Assembly: GCA_963663805.2 (NCBI GenBank)
Contig: CAXXMR010000009.1
Span: 288,001-352,000, forward strand
Reading direction: 5' to 3'
Length of the DNA stretch: 64,000 nucleotides
Source of the DNA: Sedimentisphaerales bacterium
Lineage (GTDB): Bacteria; Planctomycetota; Phycisphaerae; Sedimentisphaerales; SM23-30
The notes under the pieces are model-generated. The model saw only the letters and a list, made by a program, of their open reading frames with translations, did not search any database and was not told where the DNA came from. A program made the translations under genes and the position numbers. Positions 28,612 through 39,959 of the stretch are shown here, piece by piece (the stretch's first letter is position 1; each line of letters begins with the position of its first letter).

Positions 28612-31087
28612 TCAGGTATCCAGCAGGGTTCGGATACGGATTTTTGATTTTAGCTGCTTGAGCGTGATGGGGTTAGCGGATGGCAATTCGATTGTTACCG
28701 GCTGCTGAGGCTTAAGATGAATGAAATTGTCTGACAGTCGCACATCAAGTCCCGGAAATTCCAGCCAGGTCCACAGGGCGGGCTTGTTGGTTTTCAGTGT
28801 GATGGTATAAGACTGTTTTGAATCGGTGCGGATGTCGGCGGTGATTTTTGGTTTTTCAAGGTTGAGGTGTTTGAACTTATCGAGTGTGGCAAGGTTGCGG
28901 GAGAGTACCTTTGACCCGCGGTTGACTTCCATCCAGACTATCAGGTCGCGTTCGGAGTATTTTTTCACCAGGTCTTTCAGGTCCAGGGTATGAACCTTCT
29001 GGCTGGCGGGTTTTGTCAGTTTGATATTTTTTTGGCCGGTGAGTATTTCTTTGCCGGAGCAATCGGTAACGGTCCATGTCAGCTTTGCCGGGAACGATTC
29101 GTACAGGTCGCTGGTGAGATGAATGTCGATAGTGCTGTCAGTTCGGTTTTCGACAGCTGAAACGAGTACGGGGCTGAAGAAGCGTCCGGCTAGGTAGTGC
29201 AATGCTTTCCATTTGCCGAGGCTGTCGATTGAGGCCCAGCTAGCTACGGGCCAACAGTCGTTAAGCTGCCAATAGAGCGTACCCATTGTTTGGGGCATCT
29301 GCCGGCGGAAATGTTCGATTGCGTACTGCATGGCGTAAGCGTGTGTAATCTGGCTGAGCCACAGGGTCATTTCGAAATTGCTGGGCAGTAGGAACCAGTC
29401 GGCGGTTCCGGTGATAATCATCGAGTTTCCGATTCGGCTGCGTTGATGATGCTCCATGACGTAGCTGGTGACATTGCGGTCCTGCGGGGCGGTGTAGGTT
29501 TTAACGGTTTGCGGTTCGGGGAAGCTCTGGAAACCGAACTCACTTACGAATCGGTGCCGGGCTTGTTGATACCATTCAAAGGGTTCGCGTCCGTGCCAGA
29601 CATTCCAGAGATGAGCGTCGCCGCATTCGGGGTTATTGAAATTCGCCCGGTCGCCGGTGGGACTGTGGGGGCTGCTGGGCCAGTAGTCACATTCGGGGTT
29701 CAATTTTTTGACGGTTTTTTTCAGTAGTTTGTCGAACAGTGGTTTGTAGTCTTGCCAGCTCATCTGGTGCTCGTTCCATTCCGGTCCGACGAGCCCCTGT
29801 TCCAGTTCGTTATTGCCGCACCAGAGGGCCATGCAGGGATGATGGCGCAGGCGGCGAACATTTTCTTCGGCTTCGATTTTGACGTTGGCCATGAAATTTT
29901 CATCGAAGGTCGGGAACGTCGAACAGGCAAACATGAAGTCCTGCCATACGCAGATGCCGAGCTCATCGCACAGATTGTAGAAGATTTCCTGTTCGTATAT
30001 TCCGCCGCCCCAGACTCGAATCATGTTCATGTTCGCGGTGACGGTGTCGTTGAGAAGTTGGCGGTAGAAGTCGTCCGACACGCTGTTGATAAAGGTGTGG
30101 GCGGGAATCCAGTTGGCTCCTTTGGCGAAGAACGGGCGGTTGTTGGCGACGAACTCGAATGACCGTCCCCATTTATCCTTTTTCTGGTTCAGGCGCAGGG
30201 TGCGCAGGCCGATGCGTTTATCCTGTTTGTCGATAACATTGTCATTGGAATCCAGCAGCTCCACGTGAATATCATAGAGCGGCTGTTTGCCCATGCCCGC
30301 AGGCCACCAGAGTTGTGGGTCGGTTATTTTGATGGTATGGGTGGTTTTGCCGGCCTTGAGCGGGGTGGTGTTTTCCGCGACGACCTTGCGTTTGAGGCTG
30401 ACGGTTACCCGTGCCCTCATTTTGGCACGACTGAGCCGCTCGCTTTTGGTGTTTATGTTCAGGGTCACTTTATTACGCTGATGCTGCTGCCGGATTTCGA
30501 CCTCTCTTATCCGTCCGGTGTTTATGCCGATGATGCTAATGTTTCGCCATATTCCGCAGGTCACCAGTTTGGGCCCCCAGTCCCAGCCGAAGTTGCAGGG
30601 CATTTTTCGGATGAGGCTGCTGCCGGGGATACGCATCTGGCCGTCCCAGGAGGGCATTGGGCCAAGTTGGCGCAGGTTTTTTTCGATGTATTTCAGCGCT
30701 GAGCCGAAGCGGATTTCAATCTGGTTGGTTCCCACCTTCAGACTGTTTTTAATATCAAATTCCCAGGTGCGGTACATATTGTCGGTTTTCCCCGATGCTT
30801 TTTCCGTTGATACGAATATTAGCCAGGGTATCCAGGCCGGCACATTTAAGCAATAGCTGCTTATTTTTCAGAAATGCCGAGCTGATTTCAAACTTCCGTT
30901 TATATGTCCAGCCGGTTTGGCCTATCCACTGCAAAGAGTTTTCATTATCGCGATAGAATGGGTCGGGGATGAGCCTGGCCGCGAGCAGGTCCGAATGTAC
31001 GCAGCTGGGCACCTGAGCGGGTATAAGTTCATTTTTGTCGTCCTGCTGAACCTGCCAGCTACCACTAAGTGAAATACACTGAATCAT
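28612..31087 (-). CDS. GH2 beta-mannosidase (split by a +1 frameshift at ~30786-30793)
   Basis: DPFYRDNE, GLDT, NFGWDWGP, KGANWIP, RVWGGG, WCGNNE and SEFGFQS motifs. Removing one base of GGGGAAAA joins the two ORFs (GKSIG-KTDNMYR). Confidence 0.9.
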
Positions 31088-31233
31088 TCAAAACGCCTTT
31101 CCAATCCAAAAAACACCGTTATTAAACAATTCGGGCGAGATTACCATTACCCGACGGACCGGTCAAGCATAATTGTGGCATATTTTGCATGAAACAACGT
31201 GAAACAGGCGATTTTAGAGTGGTTCCAGGCTTT

Positions 31234-34200
31234 TTAGTTTGGGCTTAGAGCTTTGGCCAGCGGTGCAAAATCTTTTAGATCGACACGTCCGCTTTGGTCA
31301 ATATCAGCCGCCAGACCACTATCGGTATTTAACCAGTAACAGGCCATTACCTCAAGGTCGTTCGTGTCTATCTTGCCATCTTCGTTAAGGTCTTGTTGGT
31401 CTGGGATACGAAACAAATCCAGATAGACAAGATTAACCGGTCCAGCGGACGTGAGCTTTACGGTGACGGTATTGTTGCCGTTGACAACGTCGTCCGAAGA
31501 GAGTGTAAAGGCCTTGTACATATTTGAGCTGTCCCACTGGGGGTCATAATCACCATCATAAGGTTCTGATACATCAGCATTGGTGCTTAGAAGTATTCCG
31601 TTAAATTTTGCTTCCCAGGTTGAACCGCTTATATCTGAATCAGCCATAATTCTCATCCGCCAGTTGCCGCTCCAGCCGCCGTCAGGTTCGGCCATAGGCA
31701 AATCGAAATCAACTGACTCATTCTGCGTATAAACATTCGGCAATTGATTTACCCAGCCCGTCGGATAATCATATACATCGGCAATGACATAGTGCTGATT
31801 TTCGTATTCGGCGCATTGCTCAGCATCCGCCAATATTGTAAAGACCTCGTAAGGCGGCTCATAACCTCCGGTGCCGTCCTCGGTCGGTGGTCGGTAATAT
31901 TGGAAGTTAAACGCGCTTATACCGTTGATTCCCGCGGTATAAGCCAGATGTGCGGTAGTCACCAGCATTTGCTCGGTGCAAAGGCGGAAGTGACGCGGAG
32001 TCGTATCGACCGGCGGAATCCAGGAAATTGTATTGGTCACTTCGTAATAAGTTTTGATGTGGTCCGGCACACTGCCCAGCAAAGTTGACAGCTCATTTTG
32101 CTGTACGGTATGGAAGAAATTGGAGAAGTTAATGAAATCCACTCCGCCGTCAATCATATCCTCCAGATTAATTCCCAGTCTGTCGTAAGTGTCGTCAAAT
32201 GCCGGCACGCGCACTCCCAAGTATCGGTGTTTGCCCGGCTGAGTTGTGCGGGTAAGCAGTTGGCGGACTCTCTTTATGAAGTCGGTCATAATGGCTTTAC
32301 GCTGGTTAGAATCTGTGCTGTTCAAATCAAAATATGACGCGTGACGGAGCAAATCGAGCTGCAAACCTTCGAGGTCGTAATTTTCACAGATTTCTTCGAC
32401 ACGTTCAAATATAAAATCACGCACTTCCGGATACGCCCAGTTTTGCACCCTCTGGTCCACCCTGGTCAAATCCGGTCCCAACCGATAAGAAGGGTTATCA
32501 TAGTAAAATTGGCAGATTGTACCGGAATCTCCGCCCGAAACCGGATTGTCATCCACAGCATCCAGGTTATGCTGGTCGTTCAGACGATAGGAAACAAATG
32601 CCCCCAGATTATTTTCCTTACTATGAGCGAGCATTTCTCCAAGTACATCCTGTCCCATGAAAACATAATCCGTAAACTGACCGCCCGCAATCACGCCATA
32701 ATGATTGAGGAACCAGTCATAATGTTTTTCCAGCGGAAGTGTCCGGCTGGGCCAAAACGGTACCCGTCCCAGACCGGGGCAGGCCAAGTGTACATCTATG
32801 CCGGTATCAGCCAGTTCGTCAATGCTGCCCTGGACGACATAAGGAGTCAGGTAGTGACTGGGTTGACGATACCAGCTGTTACAGGTAAGCAGATTAGTTG
32901 TATCGTTATCAAAGATAACGTGCATATTGCTCCAGGCCGGCGCATCCACAACCGGCTGAGAGTCAACAGCCGTCATGCCGATATTACAATTCCAGGCAAT
33001 CTCCGCGGAGCTTAATATTCCGTCATAGACCCGAACCAGCGAAATGTCGCCATGGAAAGGATAATCGCCATTCTGATACGACGAGCCGATACTGCCCCAA
33101 CCGCTGGTAACAAAATCAAGGTCGGTATAATTATAATTCACACCGCCAGCGACACCGGTATCGCTTATAATGCTTCCATCCACATAGAAATCAATCGTCG
33201 GGGCCGCAAAAAGATTGCCCTCATAAACAACGCATACATGATGCCATTGACTGCCGCTGTAACTGTACCGCGAACTTCCCCAGCAATTGAACTGAGTTTT
33301 TTCCGTATCATCGGAGCCGTAATTATCGCGCATAATCATTTCGAGATACCATTTATTCTGTCCCGAATCATGGCGAACGCCAAAAACGATAGCCACTGCC
33401 GAAACTATCCTGGTTGCCAATGATTATTCCTCGGCCCGCGGCCCTCGGGCGAGGTCTGTGGCACGCGAATCCAGGCTTCGATACTGAAATCATCGTTATA
33501 ATCATAATCTATGCCTGCTTTCAGATTAGCAACCTGGCCGCAATCCCCTTCGTCCAGCGGTTCAACCCTGTAATACCAGTTATAGTCACTCCCTGCCGCA
33601 TCACCGGCCAATTCAGGATAATCGCCCTGGCCGATACTACTTAACTGCCCGCCCTGACAGGGACCAACGATTGGTGACCACGCGTAAGTACCATCCGCTC
33701 CCGGATAGGCCGCGTCCATACTGAGTTTCAAATTTTCCACCGCGGCAACTTCATTAGCCGGTCCGGTTTCCATCTGCACCATACCCAGCTCGTAATTCCG
33801 CCTTATATCATCATGGGAAAGCGTTCGGTTATAGACCCTTACCGCGGAAATATCTCCATCAAACGGATACCACAATGATGTATGCCTGCCTCCCACCGCG
33901 CCGTGTCCCTTCGGTAACAAAATCCAGGTCCGCGTAAGAATAATTTACTCCGCCGCTCGTACCGCTGTCACTTATACTGTTGGCATCCACATAAAAGTCA
34001 ATCGTCGGAGCCGAATTCGTCGCCCCGTCATAAACCACACTTACATGATACCATTGACTGTTGCTGTAAACTATATCGCGGACTGCCCCAGCAGCTAAAT
34101 TGCGTTTTTTTCCGTATCATCGGCCCCGGTATTATCGCGCATAATCATTTCGAGATACCATTTATTCTGGTCCGCATCATGGCGGCCCCCGAAGCGATAG

Positions 34201-35476
34201 CCGTCGCCGTTATTCTGGTCACTGAAAATTATCCCCCGCCCGGCACTTTCCGGTCCTTTTTGAGCGACGCGTACCCAGGCCTCAATGGTGAAATCATCAT
34301 CGTAATCAAAATTAATATCTGTTCCGAACTCCTCAGCGTTTCCGGAATTCAAGTTACTCGCCGGCGAGAAATTATAAAAACACACGTAATTACTGCCGTT
34401 ATCAGGATGAGCGTCACTGCCAATTACCGGGCATTCACCATTGCCGATAGTGTTGAATACCCCGCCGTTAAAATCGCCGCCCCAGAGAGCCTCCCAGTTG
34501 TCATGCCTCGTCGCACCGGGAAAGGCCGCGTCCAGATTGAGCACAAGTCCGTTAGTGACAATCGTCGAAAATGTCGGCGTGCCGAGCTTTTCCGTCAGTC
34601 CCCAGTTGTAATTACCCGATACTTCCCATGATGCCAGCATCCGGTTATATACCCGCACAACGCTTATGCCGCCTGCAAAAGGATACATCCCTTCGAGATA
34701 TGTAGAACCAATCGCCCCGTGCCCGTTCTGCAAAAAATCAATATCATCGGTGTCATTATAGTCAAACCCCTCACCGCCGCTGGCGGTCCCAGCCCCGACA
34801 TTGCCGCCATCCCGATACAAACTTATATAAGGCGCCAAACCGCTCGACCCATTATATACGACCGCCACCTGATGCCAGTTAGAGTCATACGCAATTGACG
34901 AAGAAGTCCGACGAAACGTCGTGATATTATCACCAATACTGTCCCCGCACGACCATTTCCAGATACCAGCGATCCGGGTCGGAATGACGTATATTGAAAC
35001 GGTAGCCATTGCCGATAGAACCATCGCTGAGCAGAATCGCCCGGCCGGTATTATCTTCTGCCGGACACTTGGTCTCGACCTTCAGCCAGAGCTCAATGGT
35101 GAAATCATCATCATAATCAAAATCTATATCATGGCCCAAATCAAATATATGCCCGCACCTGCCGTAAGCGTCCGCCGCGAAATTATAATACCACAGATAC
35201 CCGCTTTCGAAACTTTCGTAACGGAGTTCGGGCTTGTCCTGCCCGCTCAGTCCGGCCACAATCCCGCCGCCGACCGGCCCGGTAATCGGTTCCCAGTTGA
35301 ATGCCGCACTATTGCCGCTGTTGCCCGCGTCCAGATGAAGTACCAGCCCGCTCGTTGCCAGAATCCCCCCGACAAACCTGTCCGCCCACAAGTATCACAA
35401 AAACCACACCCAGTACCCCCAATACACCGTTATCGCCACTGATAAATCGCTGGAGAACTTTTTGGATAGCTTGCAT
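31234..35476 (-). CDS. Large secreted protein (~1410 aa reconstructed): 3 LamG-like domains + GH10-like (DUF187-type) TIM barrel + dockerin-like tail; 7 frameshifts
   Basis: ATG 35476 with AAGGA RBS. Three repeats of DYDDDFTIE.W...WYLEM...YPF.GDIS.VRVY. Catalytic-type FVSYRLND...NWAYPEVR...GLQLDLLRH. Tail DLNEDGKID...DIDQSGRVDLKDF. The fragments join by removing 7 homopolymer bases. Confidence 0.8.
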
Positions 35477-35492
35477 AATATTGTTTTCCTTT

Positions 35493-35598
35493 TAACCCAG
35501 ATGAACTGGAAATTTCAAGCCCTAAACAAATTCTAAACTCAAAATAACAGTAACGACAATATTTAGCCGCGGATTACACGGATTTCGCGGATTTTTAA
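35493..35598 (-). repeat. Dispersed ~100-bp intergenic repeat, copy 2
   Basis: Reverse complement aligns with 3824-3918. Confidence 0.75.
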
Positions 35599-35743
35599 GG
35601 GCACCGCTTACTTTCGTACGCGGCTCTGGTAAATAGTTGGTATTTTGCGCAGAAATTCGCTTATAAGAGATTAAAGTACTATTGACAACAAAGAATCTGC
35701 AAAACTGAGTCTGAGCAGGAAATATAGAGAATGGGTTAAATAA

Positions 35744-35775
35744 GCGACTGGGAGACCCCATAGCCTCCCAGTCGC
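35744..35775 (-). terminator. Stem-loop after secreted LamG gene
   Basis: GCGACTGGGAG / CTCCCAGTCGC, 11-bp perfect stem. Confidence 0.65.
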
Positions 35776-35800
35776 GAATTTACAAAACCAGCCGCTCGAT

Positions 35801-37381
35801 TTATTGGCCGTCAACCATACCGTTGTTGAGCCAGGTCGAAGCCATCGAACTGAAATCAGAAAGATTTACCATGCAGTCGCCGGTGAGGTCATTCATAACC
35901 CCGCCGCACTGTGAAGCCACCGCGGTTTCGAGGCCGCGATTATAGTTGGCAAGTACATCTTCAGTCGTTAAGGCACGATTGTATACCCGAATCAAAGCGA
36001 TGTCACCAGTGAACGGGTAGAGCGCTGCCGGTCCAACTTTGGCAGACATAGTCGAGGTGTCCAACGCAAAATCATCTACCGCCGTCATGCCGGTAGCGGT
36101 CTTGGTGGTATGGCTTCTGACGAGTACACCGTTAATCCACATCGAAAACTCTGTTTTCAAATTACCCGTAAAGGTGTCAACCTCAACGGTATGACGGGTA
36201 CCCACCAACTGAATCCAGTTGTCCGCGTCATAATCCTGGTTATGCGTATCGCTCATGTAGAAACCGGACTTCAAAGGCGTTACCACCGTCTCATTGTCAC
36301 GCACATTGAACTCAATGAAATACTTGCCAGCACCGCTGTTGTTTCTGACGCCAAACCGCCAGCCGGTATCCGCAGCATCGGCATTACCGATAATCACACC
36401 TCTGCCGGCACTGTCGCTCTGCATCGCTGGAACGCGAACCCAGGTTTCGACCGTATATTCTTCATCGGCACCGAATTTCAGTTCATTTATAGGGCAAATA
36501 TTTTCCGCGACATTTCCGTCAAATTCATAATACCAGATATAACTGCCGGACTCAGAACCGTCAATTCTTTTCAAAGTCGGAGACGGGTCACCAAACTCCC
36601 CCGTCGCCAGTTCGCCAAATTCACCTGCCACTACTGGCATGAATTGTGACAAAGCGTTATTACCCGCGTAAGCGGCGTTAAGTTCCAAAACCAACCCGTC
36701 AGAAATAGAAACCCGACCGAAAGCTGCATCGCTCGGCACAAAAGTCGCGTCATCAGTCCAGCAAATCGCGTCTATTCTGCCCGAATTCTCATTCGATTCT
36801 CTTTCGTTGATTCGGAACACAATCTTGCCTTCGATATCCAGATTAAATTCCTTTTCCACGCCGTTGACAGCATCGGAACCACCCATCCAGGTCCATGCGC
36901 CAAATCCTGCTCCACCGTTGCCCGCGATGTCATTATTCAGAATATCATCCCCGTCATCCAGCCCGGCAAAAGCAGTCTCGTACCAGTCCGTACCGCTGCC
37001 GTCACCGCTGTCACCCTTGACAATAAGGAACGTTGCTTCTTCCGCACCGAGTTCCGGCTGATTTACCCGCACCCAGCAATACCAGTTGCCCGAAAGCGAT
37101 ACATTGGGGTCATTGATTGTCGCGGAGTCAATCGAATATTCCGACCACCATTGCTGCATATCGGTTTTATCCGAATCCTGAGCGAAATAAAGAGCGCTGC
37201 CCGATACATTATAAGCATCGCTGTCAACCACAAACTCCGCAGTCTTGGCATCATAATCTTCCGCCTCAATCCAGATGACGGTTCTGTCGGCTGAGGAATT
37301 ATATTCCACATCGAACGTTGAACCAAACACCATACCGGCCAACGCCAGCACCAACACTAAAGCTCTACTACAACTTCTCAT
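35801..37381 (-). CDS. Secreted LamG-like domain protein with dockerin-like C-terminus
   Basis: Signal peptide MRSCSRALVLVLALAGMVFG; WIEAED; YPFTGDIALIRVYNRALT; tail DLTGDCMVNLSDFSSMASTWL. Confidence 0.8.
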   Translation of the reverse strand: MRSCSRALVLVLALAGMVFGSTFDVEYNSSADRTVIWIEAEDYDAKTAEFVVDSDAYNVSGSALYFAQDSDKTDMQQWWSEYSIDSATINDPNVSLSGNWYCWVRVNQPELGAEEATFLIVKGDSGDGSGTDWYETAFAGLDDGDDILNNDIAGNGGAGFGAWTWMGGSDAVNGVEKEFNLDIEGKIVFRINERESNENSGRIDAICWTDDATFVPSDAAFGRVSISDGLVLELNAAYAGNNALSQFMPVVAGEFGELATGEFGDPSPTLKRIDGSESGSYIWYYEFDGNVAENICPINELKFGADEEYTVETWVRVPAMQSDSAGRGVIIGNADAADTGWRFGVRNNSGAGKYFIEFNVRDNETVVTPLKSGFYMSDTHNQDYDADNWIQLVGTRHTVEVDTFTGNLKTEFSMWINGVLVRSHTTKTATGMTAVDDFALDTSTMSAKVGPAALYPFTGDIALIRVYNRALTTEDVLANYNRGLETAVASQCGGVMNDLTGDCMVNLSDFSSMASTWLNNGMVDGQ

Positions 37382-37436
37382 CGCGTGTCCTCCAAAAAAG
37401 TAAAAAAGTAATTTACAAACAGCTTTACCGCTACGA

Positions 37437-38306
37437 TCATTTATATTTGGGCCAGTAAAAACAGGTTCCGTCCCGATACTGCATAAAAGGCCGCAAATCC
37501 GTAAATTCAACCCATCGCGCACTGCCGTCCACAAAAGACGCGTTCATGCCTTCCGGCTCGTCCGCCTTGCCTTCCATAAATTTATGATTACCACTGTAAA
37601 GATAAGATGACAGTACATTCAAACGGCACATATCACCCGAAATCGCCAGCCAGGGTTTGGAATTTCCCGTCTTGACAGGTGAAGGCGACATAGTTGATAA
37701 ATCACGTACTTCCGCGATGTCCATCGGCGGTACCGCCACCGTCCCGCCGAATCGCACTCCGCCCGCAGTACATGTCAGCAAATCCTGGTCGGTCATATTG
37801 TAACCGGTAAACAGCGAATAATCACCGTCGAGATAGGCCTCATTGGGCGGTGCCGTTTCAACCAGGTCTCTAATGAAATCCCAGTCCTGATTGATTATGC
37901 TGACGCCGGCGATTGTGTGACGGCTTGCGTTCTCCGGCACCGAAGGGCAATAAAAAGACTTCGGAGTCGCCAGATAAGGCTTCAAAAACGACTTGATCAA
38001 ATCACAATATACCAGCCCCGAACCAGCATTTACTTTGTAATACTGATAAGGCCAACTGTAATCGTATTTTCGACCGGGAATATTGCCCACCCGACCCGGA
38101 TAACAATCATTGTTAGAGGCGGCGTAAGTACTCGCTGCGATAGTCCACTGCCGGCAATTGCTCAAACATACCGCGATTTTGGCCTGGTCACGCGCCTGCC
38201 CCAAGGCTGGCAGCAGGATCGATACCAGCAGCGCAATTATCGCTACTACCACCAATAGCTCCACCAAAGTAAAACCAGCCGTTTTTCTAAACCACATAAT
38301 TTTCAT
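37437..38306 (-). CDS. Prepilin-type N-terminal cleavage/methylation protein (DUF1559-like)
   Basis: [29 protein letters not shown]...CLSN; C-terminal [10 protein letters not shown]. Confidence 0.9.
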   Translation of the reverse strand: MKIMWFRKTAGFTLVELLVVVAIIALLVSILLPALGQARDQAKIAVCLSNCRQWTIAASTYAASNNDCYPGRVGNIPGRKYDYSWPYQYYKVNAGSGLVYCDLIKSFLKPYLATPKSFYCPSVPENASRHTIAGVSIINQDWDFIRDLVETAPPNEAYLDGDYSLFTGYNMTDQDLLTCTAGGVRFGGTVAVPPMDIAEVRDLSTMSPSPVKTGNSKPWLAISGDMCRLNVLSSYLYSGNHKFMEGKADEPEGMNASFVDGSARWVEFTDLRPFMQYRDGTCFYWPKYK

Positions 38307-38358
38307 CGTTCAATCCTCTTTGTGTCTGATATATGAAACTTTTTAATAAGGTCAGTTT

Positions 38359-39396
38359 CTATTTGGGAGGGCAGGTAGTCTTGCGTACTACTAATGATGT
38401 AGGCAGAACCACCTGTCGCGGATTAAATGAACCTTTTGAGTCTTGATACTTTTCTTCAACCAAGTCTAATAACAATTCGCTGGTTTTGATGCCGACTTCT
38501 TCGGCATGTAAGTCAACAGTTGTCAATGCCGGGTACAATGCCTGGATATAAACCTGCAAGTTGCCACAACCAACCACCGAAAAATCACGCGGTATCACAA
38601 AACCATACTTATGCGCCGCCATCAGAAAATATGACGCTGTAACATCATTATTAGCAAAAATCCCCGTGGCTTTGCTGTTTCTGAGAAAATCGGCAAACCA
38701 TTGACTATGCCCATTTGGAAACAGTGCTTCCGATGGAATAACCACCATGGGTTTGGGCTCCAGACCATATTCACTCATCAGTCTGCTATAACCGGAATAA
38801 CGATACTTGACTGAACTGAAAGGGGCATCCTCAGTGCGACATACGAAATATATGTCCTTATGGCCTAGCTCCAGTAAATGACGTGTTCCCTGCGTTGCCG
38901 CCATCACATTGTCAGGCCCTACATAACTGACACCTCGAACATTCACATCGCGATCGATAACCACTACCGGCATCCCATGTTTTTGGAGGTCAACCAGATA
39001 CTCATAATCGCTTTTGGCACTGTTATGAAACAACATCGTGCCTTCGGCCCGGCGGTCAACCAATCCTTCCAGCAAGCGGTCGCCGCTCTTTAGATCCTCG
39101 CTCCAGTGTAAAAACAAGGTTTCATAACCACGCGGGCACAAATAACTCTGCACTCCCGAAAATACCGCACCTTCAAAATGCCGTACCGGGCTGCCGATGA
39201 AACCAATCAAGTGGGTTCTGCCGGTATTGAATGCGTCAGCTAATTTACTGCGGCGATAGTTCAACTCCTTAGCTACAGTCAAAATGCGATCTCTAACATC
39301 AATGGACACTTTATCTGCGTGTTTCTCGCTCAGGGCCCGCGAAACAGTCATTTTGGAAACCTGGCATTTTTCGGCGATTTCGGCGATTGTTATCAT
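38359..39396 (-). CDS. LacI-family transcriptional regulator
   Basis: TIAEIAEKCQVSKMTVSRAL HTH; FANND, DFSVVG and LTTV motifs. Confidence 0.93.
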   Translation of the reverse strand: MITIAEIAEKCQVSKMTVSRALSEKHADKVSIDVRDRILTVAKELNYRRSKLADAFNTGRTHLIGFIGSPVRHFEGAVFSGVQSYLCPRGYETLFLHWSEDLKSGDRLLEGLVDRRAEGTMLFHNSAKSDYEYLVDLQKHGMPVVVIDRDVNVRGVSYVGPDNVMAATQGTRHLLELGHKDIYFVCRTEDAPFSSVKYRYSGYSRLMSEYGLEPKPMVVIPSEALFPNGHSQWFADFLRNSKATGIFANNDVTASYFLMAAHKYGFVIPRDFSVVGCGNLQVYIQALYPALTTVDLHAEEVGIKTSELLLDLVEEKYQDSKGSFNPRQVVLPTSLVVRKTTCPPK

Positions 39397-39435
39397 TGCT
39401 CTCCAAATTCCTCTAATTTAAAAACTTCTTCTTTG

Positions 39436-39471
39436 TGATAGCGGTAACAATATTTCTTGATACCGGTAACA
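39436..39471. promoter_or_regulatory. Two tandem LacI-type operators upstream of the LacI gene
   Basis: TGATAGCGGTAACA (39436) and TGATACCGGTAACA (39458), near-palindromes 22 bp apart. Confidence 0.7.
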
Positions 39472-39959
39472 CGACGTTATTAGAACATATCGACCCTGGC
39501 CTTGCAAGCTTTTTTTAAATTTTTTCAAAAAAAGGCATTTTTCTCAAGGGTTCTCATCGGAAAAAGGTGGTGGGTGAAACGTTAAATACATCTTAAAGTC
39601 CTTTTTTGAAAGGAGTTATCGCATTGTGGGGGGCGGCATGTATCGGTTGCAAGTGGGGGGGGGCTGAAAGATATCGCCCCGCGCTGTATGCCCCCGCCGA
39701 GGCGTTCGGGTCGTGCCCGTGATGCCGCTGGTTCAGCCAGTCAACGTCGGAGCAACCCCAACATTCCCAAGCCCTAAAGATGAGGTATATACGACCATGG
39801 GGAAATTGTAAATTTCCTATTTTAACATTTTAACTTTTTTAAACCGTCTTTCATGCGATTGCCCTGGGCCACCGCTCGAAACCACTTGTAATTTTACAAA
39901 ACGCAGTTACCATACGTTCTTGAGTTTGAGAGCAGAACAAACCGTTAGAGAGGTAAAAC

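Noticed and set aside
31176..31189. Sigma-54 promoter TGGCATATTTTGCA
   Set aside because: GG-GC spacing is 8 rather than 10, and it faces away from the nearby gene start.
30786..35370. Programmed frameshifting or phase variation
   Set aside because: The runs are short (3-7 nt), of mixed bases, all +1 and clustered, which fits sequencing error better.
33000..35400. CRISPR array or DGR template/variable repeat suggested by repeated CATAATCATTTCGAGATACCATTTATTCTG
   Set aside because: These are coding duplications between LamG domains; there is no spacer periodicity, cas gene or reverse transcriptase.
39625..39800. GC-rich intergenic stretch as riboswitch or tRNA
   Set aside because: No cloverleaf or known aptamer consensus recognised; possibly degenerate REP sequence.
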